In this document: positions 1 to 8,286 of the stretch, one piece after another | Numbering within the stretch: the stretch's first letter is position 1 | How the letters are laid out: the number at the start of each line of letters is the position of its first letter | Source of the DNA: Candidatus Hydrothermales bacterium | Lineage (GTDB): Bacteria > Hydrothermota > Hydrothermia > Hydrothermales > JAJRUZ01 | Reading direction: 5' to 3' | Assembly (NCBI GenBank): GCA_039630575.1 | Contig: JBCNUW010000011.1 | Location: 1 to 60,363 of the forward strand | DNA length: 60,363 bases | The notes under the pieces: generated by a model | The model's database searches: none | Seen by the model: the letters and a program-made list of their open reading frames with translations, nothing else | Told to the model about the DNA's origin: nothing | Program-made: the position numbers and the translations under genes

Positions 1-786
1 AACGAAGAAACTCCTATTTTTACATTAGGAACCTGGGATATAAGAAATAAAAAGAAGATGATTGAAACAATTAGATACGCGTTGGAAATCGGATTAAATC
101 ACATAGATACTGCTGAAATGTACGGTATTGCTGAAGAGGTTATAGGAGAAGCAATAAAGGGGATCGATAGAAAAAAAATTTTTATAACAACTAAGGTTTT
201 GCCTCATAATGCTAACTTCAATGGAACAATTGCTGCATGCGAAAAAAGTCTTAAAAAACTTAAATCAGATTATATTGACCTTTATTTACTCCATTGGTAT
301 GAACCTTACATTGATCTCTCTGAAACTTTTTCTGCCTTTGCAAAATTAATTGAAATGGGGAAAATAAGATACGCAGGTGTCAGCAACTTTGAGATACCTC
401 AGATTAATAAAGTAATTGAAATATTCAAACCATTTAAAATAGTTAACAATCAAGTTGAGTATAATCTTTTTAATTTTAAATATGTTGAAGAAAAACTTTT
501 ACCCTTTTGTGAGAAAAATGATATAACTCTTTCTGGCTATTCACCTTTATGGCAAGGAAAAATACCAAAAGAAACAAAGGGTTGGAAAATAATTGAAAAT
601 GTTGCAAAAAAATACAACGCAAAACCACTTCAAATCGTTTTGAGTTTCCTTTCAAGAAAAAGGAAAATATTTTTAATATTCAAAACAGAAAATATTGAAC
701 ATTTAAAAGAAAACATAACTTCAATAGAATTAAAACTTGAAGAGGAAGATATAGAAGAAATAGAAAAAGCCTTTTCTAACCTCTAA
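1..786 (+). CDS. Aldo/keto reductase (5' truncated by window edge)
   Basis: The frame is open from base 1 (NEETPIFTLGTWD...). AKR motifs: LGTW, IDTAEMYG, DYIDLYLLHW, GVSNF, NQVEYN, YSPL. Confidence 0.93.
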   Translation, partial: NEETPIFTLGTWDIRNKKKMIETIRYALEIGLNHIDTAEMYGIAEEVIGEAIKGIDRKKIFITTKVLPHNANFNGTIAACEKSLKKLKSDYIDLYLLHWYEPYIDLSETFSAFAKLIEMGKIRYAGVSNFEIPQINKVIEIFKPFKIVNNQVEYNLFNFKYVEEKLLPFCEKNDITLSGYSPLWQGKIPKETKGWKIIENVAKKYNAKPLQIVLSFLSRKRKIFLIFKTENIEHLKENITSIELKLEEEDIEEIEKAFSNL

Positions 787-834
787 AATTTTTTTAAAAA
801 TAAAAAAAAACTCAATAATATGAAATTAGGAATT

Positions 835-1083
835 TCAACGACTACCAAAAATTGAAGGCTCAGAACGGTGACAACTCATACAAGAAGGAGCCTCTTTTAG
901 GGGAGATTCACCCTCAACTGAATGACACCTTAGACACGGGACATAAGTTCCCATATTTTCTATTTTTTCGTCATGAAATCTATACCACCAATTAGGATGG
1001 TAATTAACCATTTTTTTTGGATTTTTCTTAGCACAAAAAGAGATTGTAAAAAACAAAACCAAAAAGTATTTTAAAAATTTCAT
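835..1083 (-). CDS. Small diheme c-type cytochrome, probable lipoprotein
   Basis: Two CxxCH motifs (CLRCH, CMSCH). Start placed at ATG 1083 (MKFLKYFLVLFFTISFC-AKK), giving a hydrophobic signal ending in Cys. Confidence 0.8.
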   Translation of the reverse strand: MKFLKYFLVLFFTISFCAKKNPKKMVNYHPNWWYRFHDEKIENMGTYVPCLRCHSVEGESPLKEAPSCMSCHRSEPSIFGSR

Positions 1084-1091
1084 CTTTCCAA

Positions 1092-1946
1092 TCAATGACA
1101 GGTTAAACAAACGTTATCTTTTTCTTCGTGACATACTATACACCTTTCGGGATTTGAGATTGCTTCAGTTTTATGGATACCACCATCTTTTTTTACCCAA
1201 TCAATTGAGTTATGATCTATTGGATAAATTTTTTCCTTCTTATGGCACCCAACACAATCATTGAAATTAATATGACAGGACACACAGTTACTCTCCTTTG
1301 AGTAATAAGAAAAAGAGTGGATAAATTTATAATTTTCTGGATGATTTTTAAATTTAATATTTTCCTTTGCATGACATGTGTTACAAGCTGGTATTTCAAC
1401 TTTGCCAATAAAACTTTCAAAATTATTATCATGACAAAATGCACAATTTTTCTCCATTAATCTTGCCTCACGAGAATGTAAATTTGTGTATCCCTTTGGA
1501 TGGTAAATATAAAGTTTTTCCTCTCTATCTGTGTGACAGGTTTCACATGTAGATTTAATCTTTTTATCTTTATGACACTCAATACAAAATTCCATTTTAG
1601 GGTAGGAAGCAAGTCCCATAGAGAGAAAAAATTCTTCTTCCTTTATTTTTTTATGACATAAAAGACAGTTTATACTACTATGTTTTTTATGCGAAAATTT
1701 AGAAATATATAGTGTTATTCTCCTTATTTTTTTTGGCTCTCTTATATGACAGTTAGAACAACTTTCATCTACATTATGACAACTTGAACATTCCTTGTGA
1801 CCTGGTAAAAGATCATCACTCTGTAGTTCAGATTGACTTGCTTTTTCGTGACAAGTTATACAATCTATATATCTCTCCAGATGCTTTTTATGGGAGAACT
1901 CAAAGTTTTTCTGGTTTAAAAGAAAAATTAAAATTAGACCTTTCAT
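1092..1946 (-). CDS. Dodecaheme c-type cytochrome (c7/c3-like modules)
   Basis: 12 CxxCH motifs counted; two FSHKKH motifs typical of c7/c3-type domains. Confidence 0.92.
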   Translation of the reverse strand: MKGLILIFLLNQKNFEFSHKKHLERYIDCITCHEKASQSELQSDDLLPGHKECSSCHNVDESCSNCHIREPKKIRRITLYISKFSHKKHSSINCLLCHKKIKEEEFFLSMGLASYPKMEFCIECHKDKKIKSTCETCHTDREEKLYIYHPKGYTNLHSREARLMEKNCAFCHDNNFESFIGKVEIPACNTCHAKENIKFKNHPENYKFIHSFSYYSKESNCVSCHINFNDCVGCHKKEKIYPIDHNSIDWVKKDGGIHKTEAISNPERCIVCHEEKDNVCLTCH

Positions 1947-3037
1947 GAGTTATTTTTGTAATTTAATTCAACTCCAAAAAATCCCCTTATATCTCTCTCA
2001 TAAAAAGGATTACTAAAAAATCTTAACTCTGAGATAAATTTTATAAGTCTTACTTTATAGGAAAAACCAAATATTAAAGAGTTTAAGTAGTATTCAAAAT
2101 TCGAATCATCATAAGTTTTGAAAGAAAAATTGAAGAGGAAATTTTTATAGGGATATAGAACATCTAGGTGATAAATAAATAGAGTTCTAACTTCGTCACC
2201 TCCATAACCAAATCTAAAAGAGAAAAATCCCTTTCTTAAATTTAGTAGGATAAAATCACTACTTTTTTCTAAATTTTTTGAAAAAGACAATCTATAATAG
2301 AATGTGGGAGTAAATATTTTAAAATTCTTAAAATTAAAAGAAAAAATAAATTTGTGAAAGACTTTTGATTCCAAAATTTCATTTAAATTTTTAAGGTAAC
2401 TTAAAAGTGAATTTTCGTAGAAATACCTGAGATTCACTAAAATTAACCTACTTTTAAAACTTAAACTAAAATCCATATTTTTAATATTTTTAAAATTTAT
2501 GTCATAGCATAAAGAGAAATGAGGATTAAAGAGTTTATTAAATCTAAACAAAAGAAAAGTCTCTTTGTTATCTAAAAAGAATGATAAAGAAAAGTTTTTA
2601 TATGAAATTTTATAAAAAAGTCCATAAATAATCTGATTCTCTCTAAAGAACAAATTTTTAGCTTTAAAAGGTAAAAAGGCTCTCTTACCTAAATAAAAGG
2701 ATGGCTCCATGTTTAAAAAACTAAAATTAATAGAAATTCCATCTAAAAAGGAACCAACACCTTCATATAAAAACTGTCTTCCCAATTTGATACAAAACTT
2801 TTTATACTTGTAACCTAAATGAGAACAAAAAATCTTATACTCAGAATTCTCCCTTTGTTGAAAGTAATTTGCTGAAAAATTAAAGAAAAGGCCCTTTAAA
2901 TACACATTTTCTAAACTAAAATCTAGATAGCTATAAAGGGGATAATACCTTACCCCTTCATCCAATGCATATGGATAAAAATAAGAATTTAAATTTATTT
3001 TAAAATACGAGAAAAAAATTAAAATAAATAAATTCAT
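1943..3037 (-). CDS. Putative outer-membrane beta-barrel (porin of a porin-cytochrome complex)
   Basis: Aromatic-rich alternating strands, LGRQF...G..LDG motif, beta-signal-like GVELNY near the C-terminus, ATGA overlap with the dodecaheme gene. Confidence 0.7.
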   Translation of the reverse strand: MNLFILIFFSYFKINLNSYFYPYALDEGVRYYPLYSYLDFSLENVYLKGLFFNFSANYFQQRENSEYKIFCSHLGYKYKKFCIKLGRQFLYEGVGSFLDGISINFSFLNMEPSFYLGKRAFLPFKAKNLFFRENQIIYGLFYKISYKNFSLSFFLDNKETFLLFRFNKLFNPHFSLCYDINFKNIKNMDFSLSFKSRLILVNLRYFYENSLLSYLKNLNEILESKVFHKFIFSFNFKNFKIFTPTFYYRLSFSKNLEKSSDFILLNLRKGFFSFRFGYGGDEVRTLFIYHLDVLYPYKNFLFNFSFKTYDDSNFEYYLNSLIFGFSYKVRLIKFISELRFFSNPFYERDIRGFFGVELNYKNNS

Positions 3038-3112
3038 TTTCTAATAAAATCTGTCGCATTCAATCCATCAAAAATGTACTTCATATTTTGAAACATTTAT
3101 TAGACTAGCTCT

Positions 3113-3451
3113 TTAAAATTCCTTAACACCTAAAATTTTCCCTTTTTCAGAATATATTTTCATCATTACATCTCTCACAATCTTGGAAGCTTCCAAAATT
3201 TCAGGATATTTCAGTTTGTAGTAAACCTCATTACCCTTCCTTAATTTCTCAAGTATTCCCTTTTCATAAAGAGTCTTCACATGCTGAGAGACATTTGGTT
3301 GTGAAAAATAAAGCTCTAAAGATAGTTGTGAAATAGTTTTGGCCTCTTTACTTAAACTTTCTAATATCATCAGCCTCTTTGGTTGTGCTATAGTCTTACA
3401 AAACTCTGCCTGTAAAAAATAAATTTCAGGTATCTTTTTCCTATTCTTCAA
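3113..3451 (-). CDS. ArsR/SmtB family transcriptional regulator
   Basis: AEFCKTIAQPKRLMIL, SQPNVSQH, RKGNEVYY winged-HTH pattern; TTG start. Confidence 0.9.
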   Translation of the reverse strand: MKNRKKIPEIYFLQAEFCKTIAQPKRLMILESLSKEAKTISQLSLELYFSQPNVSQHVKTLYEKGILEKLRKGNEVYYKLKYPEILEASKIVRDVMMKIYSEKGKILGVKEF

Positions 3452-3473
3452 ATCTTAAAATTAAATTAAGAAA

Positions 3474-3488
3474 AGGGACTTGAACCCT
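3474..3488 (-). terminator. T-arm-like hairpin followed by a U-rich tract (possible weak terminator or processing site)
   Basis: Minus strand reads AGGG-TTCAAGT-CCCT then TTTCTT, just after the octaheme stop codon. Confidence 0.4.
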
Positions 3489-3502
3489 ATTAAACTTTAA
3501 AT

Positions 3503-4546
3503 TTAAAACTGTGGTGGGAGTTTATCAAGAGGTTCACAGAAAAGTATCTGTTTCAAATCTGCTTCATCCTTTAAATGCACCCATTTACCTTCCTCATCCT
3601 TTGTTACATAGGAAAGTTTTAAAGCATCTCTCCAATTACCAGGAACTGGAATAGTCCCTTTGCTATACTTCAACTTAAGTGAATCAGCTAACCATCTAAC
3701 TAAAGTCATTGTTCCAGATGAATTATACTCCTGAACAAAGGAATTTCTATGGCATTCATCACATATTGTTGAAGGATCTGGTTTATAAACTGTATGTCCA
3801 TAAAAAGGTGCAACCACCACAAATGCCTTTCCTTGATAAGTTATGGTCATAATATTCCCAGCTGAAACTTTTCCGTTCCTCTTAACAAGAAACTTCCAAT
3901 TGTGAAACCTTCCATAAGCTACTTTTTGTCCAAGATTTACCTCTGATTCAAAGTGGCAATTATAACAGGTAACTACACTTTTAACATGACAGGCTGAACA
4001 ATCAAGTTCATCATCATTTCTATCAGTAAGACTTTTGAGATGAGTATTATGGGCAGTGGTTGAAGGTAGTGTTGTATGACAGTCATAACAATTTACATGT
4101 ATTGCACCCTCAAACATTGAGTTATAAGATTTCCCGTCTCCGTGAACATCTTCCTCATCATGGCATTTAGCACAAACAAATCCCTGGCTTTTGTGAACAT
4201 CAGTATATCCTAAGGCAATTTCAGCCTTTTGTCTTCCATGGCAGTTAAGACAGGAATTATCAGTAGGAACATCACCTTCCTTTGAATGACATGTACCACA
4301 ATTATTAGGATCAACATGACAATTTTTGCAGGCAAGGTTCTCGTAAGGAATCCCAGTTAAATTTTCGAAACCTCCATTCTGTGCTGAATAAAAATAAGCC
4401 ATCCCAGCAGTTGTATAATGAAGAGAAGTAGAAAGCAACTCCGCTGGAGAAGGAGGAGATGGAAGAGTAGGACAAACCTCTTTCTTCTTACAACCTACTG
4501 ACACTATTAAAAATATAATACCAAAACTTATTATCCTCCCTAACAC
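3503..4546 (-). CDS. Octaheme c-type cytochrome lipoprotein
   Basis: 8 CxxCH motifs, lipobox IVSVG-C followed by KKK and a Pro-rich tether, GTG start with AGGAG SD. Confidence 0.9.
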   Translation of the reverse strand: MLGRIISFGIIFLIVSVGCKKKEVCPTLPSPPSPAELLSTSLHYTTAGMAYFYSAQNGGFENLTGIPYENLACKNCHVDPNNCGTCHSKEGDVPTDNSCLNCHGRQKAEIALGYTDVHKSQGFVCAKCHDEEDVHGDGKSYNSMFEGAIHVNCYDCHTTLPSTTAHNTHLKSLTDRNDDELDCSACHVKSVVTCYNCHFESEVNLGQKVAYGRFHNWKFLVKRNGKVSAGNIMTITYQGKAFVVVAPFYGHTVYKPDPSTICDECHRNSFVQEYNSSGTMTLVRWLADSLKLKYSKGTIPVPGNWRDALKLSYVTKDEEGKWVHLKDEADLKQILFCEPLDKLPPQF

Positions 4547-4619
4547 CTTTTACGCTCCTTTTTTATTTTGGACTTGAACCAATATTAATAAATTTTTTAA
4601 AAAATTATTTTCTTAATTT

Positions 4620-4648
4620 ATTATAAACAAAAAAAATTTTCCTGTCAA
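4620..4648 (-). promoter_or_regulatory. Consensus sigma70 promoter of the cytochrome cluster
   Basis: TTGACA (4648-4643), 17-nt spacer, TATAAT (4625-4620) on the minus strand. Confidence 0.85.
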
Positions 4649-4861
4649 GTGGATGTTTGATTTGATAACATTTTTAAATTTTGAAATTCACCGTAATACC
4701 CCTTTAATATAAGCAAAAAAGAAGTTCTCTTATTACTCTGCCTTTAATAGTCCATGAAAATATGAAAAATTAGAACTACTTAAACTTCCTATAAAAGTTT
4801 CACAAATTCTTTTTTACTACAATGCCTAAACTATTTTAATTTTTTTATTTTTCCAAAAATT

Positions 4862-5032
4862 TTATACACCTATATAATTACCGAGAATAGAAAAAATGCC
4901 AATTATCATAAGTATCCAAGGCCAGTCTCTTTTCAAGCTCCAGAATGACAAAAAACCAAGCTCAAAAAACCATATAAAAAGCCCTAAAATTATTAAAAAC
5001 ATTCCTGTATTCCTTTTATCTACCTCCTTCAA
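4862..5032 (-). CDS. Small two-TM protein, LiaF-TM/DUF5668-like (not in ORF track)
   Basis: Manual translation: (M)KEVDKRNTGMFLIILGLFIWFFELGFLSFWSLKRDWPWILMIIGIFSILGNYIGV*. Shows the G-x-x-LI-x-x-G and WP-x-IL-x-x-x-G pattern. Start is TTG 5032 or ATG 5002. Confidence 0.65.
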   Translation of the reverse strand: MKEVDKRNTGMFLIILGLFIWFFELGFLSFWSLKRDWPWILMIIGIFSILGNYIGV

Positions 5033-5039
5033 TTATGTT

Positions 5040-5325
5040 TTAGTCAATCAATATCTTAACATTAGAACCATCTTGTGTTTCAAAGTTTCAATTTCTCCTT
5101 GTGTTCTTTTATGGCAATTAATTTACCCCTTTTATCTTTGGTTATAAATATCAACAAATCTATAAAAACCATCGGTATGGTTACATTTATCCTTTTAACC
5201 TTTCAACATCTCAAATTTTACTTTTAAAAACTTTTTTTAAATTTTTATTCTGAATAGCAAAAACTTCTTAAAAAGCTCCTTAGCTTCTTTTAGCCCTTAA
5301 TTTCCTATCCGCTTTGACAAATTTT
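5040..5325 (-). pseudogene. Decayed SHOCT-like (YvlB/DUF2089-operon type) gene remnant
   Basis: Fragments broken by stops and frameshifts: DRKLRAK, KEAKELFKK, KKFLKVKF, KRINVTIP, FETQDGSNVKILID*. Confidence 0.4.
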
Positions 5326-5341
5326 TTTTAGAAAATAATTT

Positions 5342-6292
5342 CTAAATTTTTTCTTTAACTATGAAAGGTTTTCTGTTTTGTGATTCAAAGTAATTCCTTA
5401 TTAAAATTTCCATCAAAAGTCCTGTGAGTATAAGTTGAATAGAAGGAATTAAAAAAATAATGGCAATTATAGTTTTAAAATTTTTAAAAATTTCTAACTT
5501 TAAAAAAAAGAAATCGTAAAAAGCCCAAAATAAAAAAATAATACCTAAAAAAATAAAAATTAACCCAAAAATACCAAAAAAATGCATTGGCTTTAAAAAA
5601 TAATCTCCCATAAATTTAACAGTCAATAGATCCAACAAAACTTTAAAAGTCCTTTTAAGTCCATACTTACTTTTTCCCTTGAACCTTTTATTATGTTTAA
5701 CCTCCACTTCTTTTAACTTTGCTCCCTGATAAACACAGAGAGCTGGTAAAAAACGATGCATTTCCCCATAAAGCCTTAAACTCTTTATAACTTCACTTTT
5801 ATACGCTCTTAAAGTGCATCCGTAATCTTTTAATTTTATACCAGTAATAAAGGATATCAAAAAATTCGCAATTCTTGAAGGCAAAACCTTAGTCAAAAAT
5901 GGATCTTTCCTCTTTTTTCTTAAACCACTTACAACATCATAACCCTTTTCAAGTTCCTTCAATAAAACCTCAATATCTTCGGGATCATTCTGTAAATCTG
6001 CATCTAATGTTATAACAATATCTCCAGTCGCTTCCTCAAAACCAGCATATAATGCCAGTGTTTGTCCAAAATTTCTTGCAAACCTTATTCCCTTTACTTT
6101 ACTATCTTTCAACTTTAACTTTTTTATAATTTCCCAAGAACTATCTTTACTTCCATCATCTACAAATATTATCTCATAATTTTCTATAGATTTTTTTTCC
6201 AAAAAATCTTTCAATCTAAAATAAAGGGTTTCAAGATTTTCTTCCTCATTAAATACAGGAATGACAATTGATATAAAACTTTTAAAACCCAT
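5342..6292 (-). CDS. GT2 polyprenol-phosphate glycosyltransferase (ArnC/GtrB-like)
   Basis: SIVIPVFNEEENL, VDDGSKD, RNFGQ, LDADLQNDP, two C-terminal TM helices. Confidence 0.93.
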   Translation of the reverse strand: MGFKSFISIVIPVFNEEENLETLYFRLKDFLEKKSIENYEIIFVDDGSKDSSWEIIKKLKLKDSKVKGIRFARNFGQTLALYAGFEEATGDIVITLDADLQNDPEDIEVLLKELEKGYDVVSGLRKKRKDPFLTKVLPSRIANFLISFITGIKLKDYGCTLRAYKSEVIKSLRLYGEMHRFLPALCVYQGAKLKEVEVKHNKRFKGKSKYGLKRTFKVLLDLLTVKFMGDYFLKPMHFFGIFGLIFIFLGIIFLFWAFYDFFFLKLEIFKNFKTIIAIIFLIPSIQLILTGLLMEILIRNYFESQNRKPFIVKEKI

Positions 6293-7244
6293 TGCAACAT
6301 TTACAGTTTTTCTCGTGCCACTTTAAAAAACTTTCTATACCTTCTTCAAGAGAAGTTAGAGGTTTATAATTTAAAATCTTTTTTGCTTTCTCTATATTAG
6401 CATAGGTCTTTTTAACATCACCTATAGGAAGAGGCTCAAGTAAAACTTTTGCCTTTTTTCCTAATAACTTTTCAATTATACCTATAACTTTTAAAATTGA
6501 TACAGGCTTAGAACTCCCCAAATTAATTATATCAAAATCAAAATCTTTTAATTGAAATGAATTTATTATTCCATTAACAACATCATCAACATAAGTGTAA
6601 TCTCTTTTTGTCCTTCCCTCTCCAAAAACTTCTATTTCTTCACCTCTTAAAATTTTCTTTGTAAAACTATGAATAGCCATATCGGGTCTCTGAGAAGGAC
6701 CATAAACTGTGAAAAGTCTAAGTATCAAAACTTTTATTCCATAGAGTCTATTATAGGTTTCACAAAGAATTTCTGCAGCTCTCTTTGAAAAACCATAAGG
6801 AGAAACCGGAACAATATCCTTATCACTCTCAGAAAACTTACCCCTTTTATTTCCATAAACAGAAGAGGAGGAAGCAAAAATTAACCTTATTTTGCTATTC
6901 CTTATATTTTCAAGCAAAGTTAAAGTTCCTTTAACGTTAATTTCAAGATACTCAAAGGGAGTCACAATTGAAGCCCTCACTCCAGGTCTTGCTGCAAGAT
7001 GCACTATAACTTCCGGATCTTCTTCTAAAATTATCTTTTTCATATTCTCTCTACCAAGAATGTTAGCTTCATAAAATTTAAAATTTTTAAAATTAAATAA
7101 ACTCTCAAGATTTCTCTTTTTTAAAGAAATATCATAGTAGGGATCAAAATTATCAACACCTACTACCTCATAACCAAGTTCAAGAGTTTTTAAAGATAAA
7201 TTACTACCAATAAAACCGGCAACTCCTGTAATTAAAATTTTCAA
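6282..7244 (-). CDS. NAD-dependent epimerase, UDP-glucuronate 4-epimerase-like
   Basis: ITGVAGFIG, HLAARPGVRAS, ASSSSVYG, YGFSK, FTVYGP.QRPDMA. Confidence 0.88.
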   Translation of the reverse strand: MKILITGVAGFIGSNLSLKTLELGYEVVGVDNFDPYYDISLKKRNLESLFNFKNFKFYEANILGRENMKKIILEEDPEVIVHLAARPGVRASIVTPFEYLEINVKGTLTLLENIRNSKIRLIFASSSSVYGNKRGKFSESDKDIVPVSPYGFSKRAAEILCETYNRLYGIKVLILRLFTVYGPSQRPDMAIHSFTKKILRGEEIEVFGEGRTKRDYTYVDDVVNGIINSFQLKDFDFDIINLGSSKPVSILKVIGIIEKLLGKKAKVLLEPLPIGDVKKTYANIEKAKKILNYKPLTSLEEGIESFLKWHEKNCKCCNGF

Positions 7245-7296
7245 ACTTAAGAATTATACTTTATTTTTAACCTTAATTTAAAATATATTAACTTTT

Positions 7297-8286
7297 ATGA
7301 ACATTTTTAGACCTATTAAAAATATTTTCTTTTTTAGATGGGAAGGACTTGGTGATCTTATTCTTGATACTCCACTTTTTAGAATAATTAAAGAAAACAT
7401 AAAGAATGCAAGGTTAACTGTTATAACCTCACCTAAAAATAGAGAAATCCTTTTTTATAATCCCTTTGTAGACTTCATTTTACCAAAGAAAATTCTCTTA
7501 GAAGTATTTTTTAAAAAATGTGATCTTTTTATTGATATGATGGGTAACGCAAGGACCCTTTTTTTATTTTTAATTTTAAAACCTCCCCTTAGATTGGGAT
7601 TTCAAAAAAAATTGCCTTTTTTAAATCTAAAAGTTCCTTTTGAGGCAACTTTGGATTACACTATAAAACATAGACTTAGACTTTTAAAAATACTAAATAT
7701 AAAAAACATTCCTGAAAACCCTCTCCCTGAAACTTACTTAAGCGAAAAGGAAGAGAAAAAATTCAAAGAAAAATTTAAAAACATAATTAAATATGATTAT
7801 GTAACAATTTTTCCATATGCTAAGGGAAAAGTAAGAAACTTCAAAGAAAACCTTTACTCATATTTAAACGATAAACTAATAGAAAAAAGTAAAAAGGTAA
7901 TTTTTATCTTTACAAAAGAAGGCTTAAAAAAATTTGAAAAAATAAAAAAACTCTGTAGAAAAGAGCCTCAATATATACTTTCACCAAACTTAAGGGAGCT
8001 TATCTTTCTTTTAAAATATTCCAAACTATACATAGGACCTGATACAGGACCAAAACATATAGCCGTTTCACAAAACACTAAAACTTTAACATTTTTTACC
8101 CATACAAATCCCATAAACTGGACTCCCAGCAATTATGAAACTCATAAATACATTACACCCGAAATAGATTGCCATCCATGTGAAACAAAAAATTTAAACT
8201 TTTGTAAAAGAAGAGATTTTAAGTGCCTTTCACTCTTTGATCATGAAAAAATTTTTGAAATTTCATTAGAATTATTAAAAAAATAA
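7297..8286 (+). CDS. GT9 LPS heptosyltransferase family protein
   Basis: GLGDLIL, GPDTGPKHIA, CHPC motifs. Confidence 0.88.
   Translation: MNIFRPIKNIFFFRWEGLGDLILDTPLFRIIKENIKNARLTVITSPKNREILFYNPFVDFILPKKILLEVFFKKCDLFIDMMGNARTLFLFLILKPPLRLGFQKKLPFLNLKVPFEATLDYTIKHRLRLLKILNIKNIPENPLPETYLSEKEEKKFKEKFKNIIKYDYVTIFPYAKGKVRNFKENLYSYLNDKLIEKSKKVIFIFTKEGLKKFEKIKKLCRKEPQYILSPNLRELIFLLKYSKLYIGPDTGPKHIAVSQNTKTLTFFTHTNPINWTPSNYETHKYITPEIDCHPCETKNLNFCKRRDFKCLSLFDHEKIFEISLELLKK

Noticed and set aside
3474..4582. Repeated GGACTTGAACC flanking the octaheme gene as att sites or target-site duplication
   Set aside because: No integrase or transposase nearby, and the flanks co-vary as stems, favouring an RNA hairpin explanation.
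4896..5147. 83-aa plus-strand ORF in the track
   Set aside because: No recognisable motif; it is antisense to a more convincing small membrane-protein gene and pseudogene fragments.
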